DNA of 60,040 nucleotides. It comes from a virus (lineage: Duplodnaviria; Caudoviricetes). The position numbers and the translations under genes are program-made. This document shows, piece by piece, positions 29,516 through 39,653 of this stretch; position 1 is the first letter of the stretch, and each line of letters begins with the position of its first letter. The DNA is taken from positions 1 to 60,040 of the IMG/VR virus record IMGVR_UViG_3300025154_000101. One strand, given 5' to 3'. The notes beneath the pieces were generated by a model. That model was not told where the DNA came from, made no database searches, and was given only the letters and a program-made list of their open reading frames with translations.

Positions 29516-29767
29516 ATGTTCCAAGAGATAAGATGCCCGAACTGCAACAAATTTATATGCGAATCAAGCGGCGGTGAGATAAAGAGGGAGTGCGAGCGGT
29601 GCAAAAACCCCGTTCACGCTTTAGTGTCGCAGACTTTCGGCGTGGTGTATTTTGACGGAACATTGCCGCCAAAGGAACTACATTTCAGGATAGATGGGAA
29701 GATGGTAGGGAAGATGGTTGTAGATTTGAGCAAAAAAAATAAAGGAACGGAGAAATTAGAGATATGA
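29516..29767 (+). CDS. Mu Com-like zinc-ribbon protein
   Basis: EIRCPNCNKFI...ECERCK. Confidence 0.7.
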   Translation: MFQEIRCPNCNKFICESSGGEIKRECERCKNPVHALVSQTFGVVYFDGTLPPKELHFRIDGKMVGKMVVDLSKKNKGTEKLEI

Positions 29768-29976
29768 AAAAGCAATGGAATGACTATAGCGATATAATGA
29801 ACAGTGCAGAAGTACAGGAAGTTCTTGGGGTTTCGAAAGAAACTTTTCTAAAGATAATTCACCAACCCGGTTTCCCTAAAATGCGTCCTCCTGGTGGCAG
29901 AAAATATCTTTATCCAAAATCTGCTTTGCAAGAATATTTTTACAAACAAGCTACAGGCATAACCATGATAAAATAA
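29764..29976 (+). CDS. HTH_17 excisionase-like DNA-binding protein
   Basis: IMNSAEVQEVLGVSKETFLKII...FP. Confidence 0.75.
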   Translation: MKKQWNDYSDIMNSAEVQEVLGVSKETFLKIIHQPGFPKMRPPGGRKYLYPKSALQEYFYKQATGITMIK

Positions 29977-30384
29977 AGAAGGAGGAAAGAAAGTATGTTG
30001 AATGAAACTGAAAAAGAAAAACTGTTAAGCTTGCTTAAAGAATCTAAGCTAACCGAAAAGGAAGAAATTGAATTATTGTCTATTCTTGAGAACGAGAAAA
30101 AGGCTCAGGATAGAAGGGCAAGAATCATAGAATTAGTAAAGCTTAGAGAAGCAAAAGAAACGATGTGGAAAACATTAATTGAATCCGGGCTTACAACTTT
30201 TGTAGCACAGAATTTACTGCAGGAACTACAGGATAGATTAAAATTTCACATTGAAGATTTAAAGATTTAATATCATATCGCTCACTCGGGCGAAATGATA
30301 ACATACATAAACATAGCAGCCCTAGCGGCTCATTCAGTAGAAATACTGTTTTGAGTCGCTTTTTTTATTATAGGAGGGTACAAA

Positions 30385-32472
30385 ATGGCGTGGTTTAAGA
30401 AGAAGGAAGAAGAAGAAAAGAAACCAACTGTTTCAAAACACAACACACAGGCTGAAAATGACCTGCTAAATAAGATTGACAACGCCCAGCAGTACGCAGA
30501 GGGCGGTAAACGTGCTGAGATTGAAACAGACTGGGATGATGAATATAAAATCTATCAGGGCGGCGGTAAACAGTGGGACACTTCCAAAGGCCGCAGGAAC
30601 GAAAGAGGCAGGAAGCGAAACTTCAACAGTGAAGATAACCTTGTATTCCCCATGGTTCAGAATATGCACTCCGCTTTAACTTCCTCTGTTCCTGAATGCG
30701 AAGTGTCGGGAATAGAACCAGAGGACAATACCGCCGCAAAAGTCTTAAACGACCTCATACCATCCATTCTTGACCGCAATAAATTCCGAAATCAATGGAA
30801 AAAAATCGTACTTCAGGGGCTTCAATATGGCCCATTCATCGGCTATGTTCCGTGGAATCAACATTGGATAGGCGGAAGCGGTCCGAATAGGTGGGTAGGC
30901 GAAATACAAACCTTGTTTATGAAGAAAAGTAAATTCTATCCTGATCCAGCCATACTCGACCTCGAAGAACGGATGCAGGAATGCTCATATATCAACCTGA
31001 AGGAGCGCAAAAAGATTGATTGGTTCAAGGAAGTATGGCCGTCAAAAGGTGCATTTGTAATTGAAGATGCGCTTGATATTCCCGATGGACAAGAGGATGA
31101 AGGTACAGATCCGCAGCAAGCAACTTTGATTACACATTTCCACAAAGGCGTTCCATATTTTGTGCCTGATGAATGGGAAAAACGATTCCTTGAAAAAGCC
31201 CATGAAGCCGAATCGGAATCAAGCCTGCCTTACTATGCCAAAGACTTGAGGGATATGGCAGCAGGTACTTTGAAGGGTGTCCACTGTGCATATAAAGCCG
31301 GGACTATCCTTTTAGATTATGTTCCTTATATATACGACGATGGCTTATATCCCTTTGTTTACAAAGTGCTGTATGCCGACGAACAACAGCCGTGGGGCAT
31401 GGGCGAAGAAAGAAATGTTGTCATACCGCAGATTCTTCATAACAAAGCTGACGAAATCGAACTTGGTGCAATGCTCGGGCAGGGATTGGGTGGAGGTTGG
31501 TACAACAAGGGCGCATTGTCAAATACTCAAAGAGACGAACTTCTTGACAATATCGCAAAGCCGAATAGTTGGCATGAAGTCAATGATAAAAATGGTATAC
31601 AGGAAAAGCGAGCCGTTCAGGTACCAGCAAACATTTCACAGTACAAAGAATATAAACGGAACATGATTGATGTTACCAGTCAGAACACGGACATTCAGAA
31701 GGGAATTTCTCCTGGTGCGAACGTACCCTATGCCACCGTGCAGGAACTTGGAGCAAGGGGAGATATCCGGACCAAGGCCAAAGTTGATGTTCTTGAGGAT
31801 TTTCTTGTCGAGTTTTTCCAGCTTATCATAAATCGAATTGCCCAGTTTTACACAACCGAAAGAACCTACCGCATATTGGGCGATAGGCAGATTACAAACG
31901 TCCAGCGTGAAGCGTATAAAACTTTGCAGCAGATAGCCAGCCTGCCACAAGGTACACCTCCAGAAGCTTATTTAGAGCAGATTATACCACTCCTGATGTT
32001 TGTAAAGCAGCAGGAGGAAAAGCCGAAACAAGCCATATTTAAGCGCAATATGCTTATTAGAACATGGGACAGGGACACTGGTGAAGATGGGCAGGTAATG
32101 AAAGAAGAATTCCTTCCTGAGTTTGATTTAAAGATCAGAGTTCAGGACGAGAGGCCGACAGATCGTAATTACTACTCGTCAATGGCGCTGCAATTGTTTG
32201 GCAAAGCAATGGGGCTGAAAGCATTGTGGCATACCCTCGATAATGGGAAATTCCCCCCAATTGACCAGATAATCGAAGAGGTTGAGGCAATGCAACAAGC
32301 CCAAATACAAGCCCAAATGTCGGCAGTTCAAGCACAGGCACAGGCTGAACAGCAGGAGAATGAAAAGGACAGGCAGGTTAAGATGATGGCACAACAGGCG
32401 ACCAACGCTTCACAGGAAAGAATGACAATGGTTGCGGCTCAAGCAAAGGCAGGTGTGAGGAATGGACGTTAA
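30385..32472 (+). CDS. Portal protein (P22-like, Q/A-rich C-terminal barrel)
   Basis: 695 aa, between terL and scaffold, helical Q/A-rich tail. Confidence 0.85.
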   Translation: MAWFKKKEEEEKKPTVSKHNTQAENDLLNKIDNAQQYAEGGKRAEIETDWDDEYKIYQGGGKQWDTSKGRRNERGRKRNFNSEDNLVFPMVQNMHSALTSSVPECEVSGIEPEDNTAAKVLNDLIPSILDRNKFRNQWKKIVLQGLQYGPFIGYVPWNQHWIGGSGPNRWVGEIQTLFMKKSKFYPDPAILDLEERMQECSYINLKERKKIDWFKEVWPSKGAFVIEDALDIPDGQEDEGTDPQQATLITHFHKGVPYFVPDEWEKRFLEKAHEAESESSLPYYAKDLRDMAAGTLKGVHCAYKAGTILLDYVPYIYDDGLYPFVYKVLYADEQQPWGMGEERNVVIPQILHNKADEIELGAMLGQGLGGGWYNKGALSNTQRDELLDNIAKPNSWHEVNDKNGIQEKRAVQVPANISQYKEYKRNMIDVTSQNTDIQKGISPGANVPYATVQELGARGDIRTKAKVDVLEDFLVEFFQLIINRIAQFYTTERTYRILGDRQITNVQREAYKTLQQIASLPQGTPPEAYLEQIIPLLMFVKQQEEKPKQAIFKRNMLIRTWDRDTGEDGQVMKEEFLPEFDLKIRVQDERPTDRNYYSSMALQLFGKAMGLKALWHTLDNGKFPPIDQIIEEVEAMQQAQIQAQMSAVQAQAQAEQQENEKDRQVKMMAQQATNASQERMTMVAAQAKAGVRNGR

Positions 32473-32986
32473 CAAAAAGTATCAAGCCGCCGTCTATTGT
32501 TCTACGGAAGATATGATTGCCCAAAGCCCCCATGAAGAATCCAGACCGGCAATTGCAGACCATGAGTGGGTAAGGTGCTGGAAATGCGGCACAAAGCTTG
32601 GAAGAAAGATTGAACCGCACGGAATAGGCGAGTTTACCGGAGAATCAGCTACGGCATACATGAGACAGCAAGAACCGAGATTCACAAAGAGAGTTTCTTC
32701 CCACTCGAACGCATTTGAAATGAAGTGCAAGAGTAGACCAGACAGAGCCAAATATTGCAATGCAGTAAATGTTATTTCACTGTAGATAAAAGAAGTTAAG
32801 AGGAAAACGGCAGAACGAAAAATTGTGATATGATGAAAGTAAGAACTAAATAAGTAAAAGAGTTGTCCACATGAGATGACCGTTTCGAGAAGTTTAACCA
32901 CTTCTAGGGGCGGTCTTTTCTTTTGAAATGAATCTTACCGGGACACCACCGGATGATTAATATACTGCCGAAACCAGGCAGAGAGG

Positions 32987-33961
32987 ATGTTGACCATGCC
33001 AGAACCTATCAAACCAGAAGAAACCAATCTGGATAAGAAGGAAGAACAGAACCTTGACAATAGGCCGGAGGTAAAAAGCGAATTTGGCTCAGCCATACGC
33101 AATGCCTTTGGACTAAAGAGCAAGGAACAGCCAAAGGAACCTGACAAAAAGATTGACAAAAAACCGGATGAAAAAGCCCCGGAAAAACCAAATGAAGCCG
33201 TTAAGGAACCTGACAAAACCAATGACAAGGAACCTGACAAAGAACCGGAATTTGATGAAATTCTTTACAACAAAGAAAAAGTCAAGATACCGGTTACTGA
33301 ACGGCAGACATACCTCCAGAAGGGCTACAACTACGACAAGGTAAAGACTGACGCCGAACAAGCCAAAGCAACCCTGCAGAGAGTTGCCAAGCTGGAAGGC
33401 TTCGACACAGTTGACAAGTACCTTGCCGAACTCGACAACCGGGAGAAAGCAAAGTTGGCTGAAAAGATCGAAGAAGCAGCAGGCGACCCGGACAAGATTG
33501 ATGAGATAGTGAAAAATCATCCGGAAGTACAGCGAACCAAAGAGGAACGGCGCAAGTTGGATTATTCCAATGCCAAAGCGAAATTGAGTGAAGATTCATT
33601 CTTTAAGAAGCTTGAACCCGAACTTGACGACCTGATGGCAAAGAATCCAGCAGCTGACACCAACCTTGTTTATTCGGTGCTTGTAGGCAATTACGTTCGT
33701 TCAGATGCTTACAAAGCTGAATTGGCAAAGGAAAAGGAAGCAGCCGCAAAAGAGAAACAGACAGCGAAGGAATCAGCAGAAAAGAAAGTTATTGCTGATG
33801 TACACGACAAGGAGAGAAGGGCGGCTCCGACAGGCGGAGATACCGGAGAGGGCAAGGACTTAGTCCAGCCTTCCGCATTTGCAAGTAAGCTTTCAAGTGT
33901 ATTTGGAGTATCAGCCGCGAAAATAGCCCAAAGATCACACGAAAAAATGAAAAGGAGTTGA
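32987..33961 (+). CDS. Capsid scaffolding protein
   Basis: Charged KEPD repeats, QKGYNYDK motif, coiled coil, position. Confidence 0.8.
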   Translation: MLTMPEPIKPEETNLDKKEEQNLDNRPEVKSEFGSAIRNAFGLKSKEQPKEPDKKIDKKPDEKAPEKPNEAVKEPDKTNDKEPDKEPEFDEILYNKEKVKIPVTERQTYLQKGYNYDKVKTDAEQAKATLQRVAKLEGFDTVDKYLAELDNREKAKLAEKIEEAAGDPDKIDEIVKNHPEVQRTKEERRKLDYSNAKAKLSEDSFFKKLEPELDDLMAKNPAADTNLVYSVLVGNYVRSDAYKAELAKEKEAAAKEKQTAKESAEKKVIADVHDKERRAAPTGGDTGEGKDLVQPSAFASKLSSVFGVSAAKIAQRSHEKMKRS

Positions 33962-33966
33962 TTTAG

Positions 33967-35528
33967 ATGCCAGGATTTTTCTACGCATATAGCTTGGACG
34001 GCTCAAAAGAATTAAATAAGCCGTTTTACATTCCTACGGCAACAGTAATTGAACAAGGCGAAATGGTGCTGTTCACACCCGGTACGGGGATTGCAGTGGT
34101 GGCGGGTAAATAATGTGCCCCTGTATACAGAAATGTATATAGCAAACCATTTTAATTGCAAGAAACCTAAATCTATTCATCAGTAGACATGGCAACTTGC
34201 AGCCAAGGTTAATTAACGAGCGTCATACTTTGAAGGAGATGCGACATGGAGAATTGGAAAGATGTTAAGGGTTTTAAAGGGTTATATCAAGTGAGCGATT
34301 TAGGAAGGGTTAGAAGCTTAGATCGGGTGGTCAGCCAGAGAGATATGCTTAGTAATTGTGTGGACAGAACGTATTACGGTCAAATTCTCAAATTGAATAA
34401 AAAGCGTAATGGCTATTTGCAAGTATGTTTGAGAGATAGACAAATTTCAAAACACATAGGCGTTCACAGGCTAGTGGCAGAAGCGTTTATAGAAAACCCA
34501 CACAACAAACCTTTGACAAACCACAAGAACGGCATAAAGACGGACAACCGCATGAGTAATTTAGAATGGTGTACATGCAAAGAAAACTCTGAGCATGCAC
34601 GCAGAACCGGGTTACACAATCCCAAAATAACACCGCAATGTAAACAGGCATCCGTGATTCTCCAAAGCAAAGCTGTTAAATGTAATGAAAACGAAATGAT
34701 CTTTTCATCTTCATATGAAGCAGCTTTATGGATAAACAATAGCTTGTTTTCCAATACAAAGAAAAACCATTGCATTGCGGCAAAAGTGAGAAATGTCTGT
34801 GCCGGCGAAAGAAATAAATGCTACGGGTATTCTTTCCAACACGTTAGTTAACAAGGTTCAACGACTATCCCTTATGGGAGTAGGGTTTAAGTAAGCCCGA
34901 AATGGATGGCGTCTTTCACAGACGATGACATAGTCTAACCTTACGGGAAACCGTAAGCAGTTTATAAAACGGAGCAAGAATAACGAACTTGCTTGAATAT
35001 CAAATGACAGATTTCGACGACCCCGCAATGGGACCCGCTATCAACGCACATGCGGCCAGCAGCGGAACAGAGCTAAAGGTTTCAGCAGCCCCGGCTTCCG
35101 TGTTCAGACACGTATCTAGCAACATTATAACCGCAACAGGTGGTTCAACAACTACGTTTGTTGTTGCGGGACTTCTGCCACAGACAGATGACCTTTGGAT
35201 AGACGGTTATCTGGAAGTAGTAACCTGCGCAGCCGACAGTTCGTTAATTGGCAAGAGAATCAAGATCACTGATTCCACCGGCAACACCGGAACAATCACA
35301 TTTGCAGCACAGACAGCAGCGTTTGCTTCGGGCGACACTGCAAAACTGTGTCCGGGACCGAGAGCAATCGGCGAGTACGGTTGGGACTTGGACGGGGACG
35401 GAATGAACGTGGACTGGGATACCTCCGGTGGAGAAGCATTGGAATTGGTCGATACCGATGCCGTCAACATGGCTTCCTTCTGGAAACTTAGATTACACCA
35501 GTTCGGAAATGGCCCGGCAGCCCTGTAA
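33967..35528 (+). CDS. Intron-split head protein: exon 1 33967-34107, exon 2 35007-35528, 220 aa spliced
   Basis: RBS AAAGGAG; 47 codons MPGFFYAY...VVAG join in frame to TDFDDPAMG...; between scaffold and capsid. Confidence 0.8.
34108..35006 (+). ncRNA. Group I intron (IA-like)
   Basis: 5' exon ends in U pairing with IGS GCCC; P AATTGCAAGAAA (34154), Q ACTTGCAGC (about 34195), R GTTCAACGACTA (34856), S GACATAGTCT (about 34927); terminal G 35006; P10 UGU/ACA. Confidence 0.88.
34246..34851 (+). CDS. Intron-encoded NUMOD4-HNH homing endonuclease
   Basis: ENWKDVKGFKGLYQVSDLGRVRS; VHRLVAEAFI; NHKNGIKTDNRMSNLEW. Confidence 0.92.
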   Translation: MENWKDVKGFKGLYQVSDLGRVRSLDRVVSQRDMLSNCVDRTYYGQILKLNKKRNGYLQVCLRDRQISKHIGVHRLVAEAFIENPHNKPLTNHKNGIKTDNRMSNLEWCTCKENSEHARRTGLHNPKITPQCKQASVILQSKAVKCNENEMIFSSSYEAALWINNSLFSNTKKNHCIAAKVRNVCAGERNKCYGYSFQHVS

Positions 35529-35559
35529 TTCAGGAATAAACGATAAGGAGTGAATTTAA

Positions 35560-36456
35560 ATGCCAATCACTAGAGAACAATGGATAGATGTTGAATCCGC
35601 AACCTACGAATATTGGGAGCAGCAGGCCAAAAAGAGAACTGACTTTAACGCCTTGCTTTACAATGTTCAAGAATCAGAAAAGTCAGAGGAACACCACATC
35701 GGCATAGGCTCATTAGGGCAAATGTCACCGTGGACAGGTTCGGTTTCGTATCAGGAATTCAAAAAGGGTTACGAGAAGGGTTACAGGCACGCTAAATACA
35801 GTTCGGGTATTCAGTTCGAGGAAGAACTTTTCCTGTTTAAAGAATACAACGAAATGAAAAAGCGTTCAAGGGAACTCAATACCGCAGTATACAAAACTCT
35901 GCAGGCTCATGGCGTATCAACATTCAACAATGCATTTGATGCAACTTTTGCTGGTCCCGATGCAGTGGCTTTGTGTTCTGCAAGCCATCCGTATTCACCT
36001 TCGGACGCAACTTTGCAGAGCAATACCAACACTCTCGATCTGACAATACCCAACTTGACGACCGCATTCAATGCTATGGCAGATTTCAAGGATGACAAGG
36101 GCGACATGTTGTTCACAATGCCTAATATCCTATTGACCGGCATTCATTACCGTGCAGAAGCACAGAAGATTTGCGGATCCAAAGCTGGCGACAAAGAACC
36201 GTTCAGCGCCGACAATGATGCCAACATCTGGAAGGGTGACCTGGTACACATCTATCATCCGATGATTACCGGTAAAAAGTGGTTCTTGATAGACAGAGAC
36301 TTGATGGAAAATGCCCTGTACTGGTACAACGCTATGATTCCCGATATCCGCACAGAAGTGGACTTTGATACAAGCGTACAGAAGTTTAAAACAGTGGGGA
36401 TGTGGAGTTACGGCTTCAGCAATTGGACATGGATCTATGGAAACACGTACGATTAA
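35560..36456 (+). CDS. Major capsid protein (Mu gpT-like)
   Basis: 298 aa; GPDAVALCSASHP and WFLID motifs; followed by a terminator; position. Confidence 0.8.
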   Translation: MPITREQWIDVESATYEYWEQQAKKRTDFNALLYNVQESEKSEEHHIGIGSLGQMSPWTGSVSYQEFKKGYEKGYRHAKYSSGIQFEEELFLFKEYNEMKKRSRELNTAVYKTLQAHGVSTFNNAFDATFAGPDAVALCSASHPYSPSDATLQSNTNTLDLTIPNLTTAFNAMADFKDDKGDMLFTMPNILLTGIHYRAEAQKICGSKAGDKEPFSADNDANIWKGDLVHIYHPMITGKKWFLIDRDLMENALYWYNAMIPDIRTEVDFDTSVQKFKTVGMWSYGFSNWTWIYGNTYD

Positions 36457-36536
36457 TAATTAATGGGGGGAGCAATCCCCCTGTTTACCCAAATCTTGAG
36501 GGCGAAAGCCCTATCACTTGAAAGGAGTGAAAAGAT

Positions 36537-38042
36537 ATGGCAAGAGCTAGGCATTTTGGCGCAGGCTACTCCTACTTTGGAGAGGACTACTCGGCTGGCC
36601 CAACCGGCGCAAAAGGTATGGATGTAAAGGCGTTCGGCGACAGTTCCGGCAAATATGTCTTTTGGGACGCTTCAGCGGACACATTGTATGTAGTAGGTTC
36701 GTTAAGCCTTGACGGTACATTTGCAGCCGACAACATAGCCTTTGCTGACGCTGAAACTTTAACGTTTGGCACGGGTTCGGATGTTGTTATGCAATGGGAT
36801 GGTACAAACTTTATAATTGCAGCTGCAGCGGACGACAGTTTGATTGAAATAGGTGATTCAGCGGCTACCCAAAAGTCATTTGATGTGAAGTGGTACGCCA
36901 ACGAAGCAAATGGAGCAAGCTATCTGTATTTTGATGCTGGCTCAAATTTGATATACACCACCGGTGTTGACCTTCAATTTAAAGACAATGATTACCTTGT
37001 TTTCGGTACCGGCTCAGGGGCTTCTGGCGACATAAATATGGTGTGGAACGGTTCAAGTTTTCTGATAGCAGGAGTTGCTGCATCATCAACAACAATATTC
37101 GGCGGTTCAGCAAACATAATTGACCTTAACCATTACGGTGATCTGTCTGGTTTCAACAACGAAGCGGACGCCACGGGCTACACGATTACCGCCAGAAAAT
37201 CCAGAGGACCAGCAGACACAGCACTAAACGATAATGACGTTGTGTTCCAGATTACAGGCGAAGGATTAAATGACAACGCTACACCTGCAGCTAAAACACT
37301 GGCGAACATAAAAATACTAATGACAGATGCTTCCGACACCACGGAGGACGGAGCAATAGTATTTGAGGTAATGGTGGCTGGTGCAGCTGCAGCCGAAAAA
37401 CTCCGTATAGCTGACATTATAACAGCAAGTGCAGTATTGCAACTTGGTTCTACTGCGACAGCAGCCTTGACAATGGGAGGCGGAATATCAGGGACGCCTT
37501 TAACCACTGCAACAGCCGATAAGAACTTCCTTGGTTTTTGGACTGAATCCACTGCGACGTCGGGCGACAGCAGGGGATTGTACCTGCGTCATTATCTTGG
37601 TGGAACAATAGCCGCTACCGGATATGGCGATGCAATAAGGGCATTTTGTACCGTTACTGGGACAGGGTATTCATACGCTTCAGGTTTGCATGGTACAATG
37701 CAGATTAATGCGGATGCTACAGTAACAGGCTCTGGTTCTGGTATAAGGGCAACATTGGCAGCCGCTGCAGACACAAGGACACTTGATGGTGCTTTATCAG
37801 CCCTTCATTTGTGTTCAGACATTGCAACCGGAAACACTGTGCCGACAGTGCATGGATTCCTTAGATGTACAGATGATGGGGCGGTAAGGTTCGGAAACTT
37901 TGCGGTTATTCCGAATGTTGAAAATGGTACTATTTTCGCAGCACATACCACGCAAGGACTTACCCATTCAATTAAAATCATCAGTGAAGATGGAACGGCT
38001 TATTACATTATGTGTACTGATGCCGCTACCAACAGATCGTAA
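36537..38042 (+). CDS. Virion structural protein (head fibre/decoration)
   Basis: G/A/T/S-rich, beta-rich sequence with repeated FGTG..D..M.W.G motif. Confidence 0.6.
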   Translation: MARARHFGAGYSYFGEDYSAGPTGAKGMDVKAFGDSSGKYVFWDASADTLYVVGSLSLDGTFAADNIAFADAETLTFGTGSDVVMQWDGTNFIIAAAADDSLIEIGDSAATQKSFDVKWYANEANGASYLYFDAGSNLIYTTGVDLQFKDNDYLVFGTGSGASGDINMVWNGSSFLIAGVAASSTTIFGGSANIIDLNHYGDLSGFNNEADATGYTITARKSRGPADTALNDNDVVFQITGEGLNDNATPAAKTLANIKILMTDASDTTEDGAIVFEVMVAGAAAAEKLRIADIITASAVLQLGSTATAALTMGGGISGTPLTTATADKNFLGFWTESTATSGDSRGLYLRHYLGGTIAATGYGDAIRAFCTVTGTGYSYASGLHGTMQINADATVTGSGSGIRATLAAAADTRTLDGALSALHLCSDIATGNTVPTVHGFLRCTDDGAVRFGNFAVIPNVENGTIFAAHTTQGLTHSIKIISEDGTAYYIMCTDAATNRS

Positions 38043-38211
38043 GGAGGATTAGCATGAGTAAGAATTGCCCCGTATGTGATAAGAGCCTTGAAACCAAAGC
38101 TGTTAAATGCGATTGTGGTTATACGTATGAAGCAGAAAAGGCAAAGCCAAAAAAGAAGGTATAATGATAGTAGGGGGTTTCCCCTACTATTTTAATTTAC
38201 GGAGGGTTATT

Positions 38212-38586
38212 ATGATAAAAATTAAACTTGGAGAATTGAAATCGTTAGTATCCGGAGTAAACGAGATTATGGGAGAAAAACTGCCCATAAAAGCAGCTTA
38301 TGCGTTTACAAAATTTGCAAAAAAGCTTCAAAAGGAAGTACAGACATATGAGGAAAATAGGAGGAAACTTATTGACACATATGGTCTGAGGGATGAAAAC
38401 GGAAAACTCGTTATCAATAATGGCATATACGAAATAGCAGACAAGGAAAATTTTAATAAGGAATTTGTTGAATTGAGCGACATAGAAACAGAAATAGACT
38501 TTGACCCTATTTCGTTAGGCGCTTTGGGCGATATTTCTTTATCTCCATTATCAATAATGGCATTGGAAAAGGTAATCAGGGAATAG
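38212..38586 (+). CDS. Phage protein (DUF1617-like)
   Basis: KLPIKAAY...RRKLIDTYG..DENG; RBS GGAGGG. Confidence 0.55.
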   Translation: MIKIKLGELKSLVSGVNEIMGEKLPIKAAYAFTKFAKKLQKEVQTYEENRRKLIDTYGLRDENGKLVINNGIYEIADKENFNKEFVELSDIETEIDFDPISLGALGDISLSPLSIMALEKVIRE

Positions 38587-38593
38587 GTGGATT

Positions 38594-38929
38594 ATGGAAT
38601 ACAAAGGTTATAACATAAGCGACATAGAAACTCTTTTGCTCCATGACATATTGCAGGAGCTGAAAGAACTCAGGTTGGAAGTAACGGAGTTAAAAAGAAA
38701 TTTTAACATTCCGACTGATAATACGAGAGACGTAGTTATAGTTCCGCCTTATGGAGAAACATTACTACTTACCCAAAAACCCCAAGAGACAGAGCGAGAA
38801 GATGTAAAACCTGTTGAAGTATTGCCCAAGGGAAAGCCACAGGAAGCACAAGAGATACCCAAAAAGCCAGTAACAAAAAAGCCTGCTAAGAAGCGTAAAA
38901 CGGCAAAGAAAGGCAAGGTGACAAAATGA
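38594..38929 (+). CDS. Hypothetical protein with basic tail
   Basis: ORF in the late operon. Confidence 0.55.
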   Translation: MEYKGYNISDIETLLLHDILQELKELRLEVTELKRNFNIPTDNTRDVVIVPPYGETLLLTQKPQETEREDVKPVEVLPKGKPQEAQEIPKKPVTKKPAKKRKTAKKGKVTK

Positions 38930-39291
38930 ACGGAATAGTTGACATTGAATATATAAATAAAGGTTCGCCAATAGCGGCAATTAGTGCGGCAGAGGCAACG
39001 ACCACATCCATCCCCATAGATGCAAGGGGGAAAAATGCGGCATTGCTTAAGATCGCTCTATCCGGTGCAGCAAACTGGACAATAAAACTGACTGGTTGTT
39101 TTACTAGAAACGGAACCTATGTAGACTTGTACGAATTAGCCAACACAGGCGTAATGACCCAAATGTCACATCAGACAAATACTAGTAGGATGATTTTATT
39201 CAAGGGGATTCCGGACTGGATTAAAGTTGTCGCCACTGAGGATGTAGACGGTCAGACCTGTTCTGTCGACGTTCAATTGCTCAATATGTAA
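38926..39291 (+). CDS. Structural beta-sandwich protein
   Basis: Late-operon position, beta-rich. Confidence 0.55.
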   Translation: MNGIVDIEYINKGSPIAAISAAEATTTSIPIDARGKNAALLKIALSGAANWTIKLTGCFTRNGTYVDLYELANTGVMTQMSHQTNTSRMILFKGIPDWIKVVATEDVDGQTCSVDVQLLNM

Positions 39292-39311
39292 AAAAAAGGG
39301 GGGCGATATTA

Positions 39312-39653
39312 ATGAAAAACGATGTTAAGGACCACATATTTCATAATGCTTCAAATTCAGCAAATAATGGAATATTTTTAGAAGTCGAATATTTCAAGAC
39401 GTTAACTGTTGAAATATATGGTTCAATTGACAATTCTGCCAGAACGGTTCTTTTTTACGCAATGGGGCCAAGCAAGATTCTTAGGGATTTTGTGGGCGTA
39501 AAATTAAGCGCAGCCCCTTTGGCTACAGCAGTAAGCACTACAGGTATATCAGAAATTTGGCAATTTGATATAACTGGTCTGACAAGAATTTACATGGTAT
39601 TGTCCTCGATTACCGATGGGACAGTTACTATAAAAGGAAGGGCGGTATCGTAA
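39312..39653 (+). CDS. Structural beta-sandwich protein (fibre adaptor-like)
   Basis: Directly upstream of the tailspike. Confidence 0.55.
   Translation: MKNDVKDHIFHNASNSANNGIFLEVEYFKTLTVEIYGSIDNSARTVLFYAMGPSKILRDFVGVKLSAAPLATAVSTTGISEIWQFDITGLTRIYMVLSSITDGTVTIKGRAVS

Larger units (their letters stand above)
24894..30270 (+). other. Block of about 20 short co-directional ORFs between terL and portal
   Basis: Tightly packed ORFs with RBS, many Cys-rich (e.g. 25132-25521, 25745-25927, 25924-26199, 26642-26896, 27007-27186, 28104-28418, 29200-29514). Confidence 0.7.

Noticed and set aside
34989-35528. Standalone 179-aa gene as given in the ORF track
   Set aside because: Better explained as exon 2 of the intron-split gene starting at 33967
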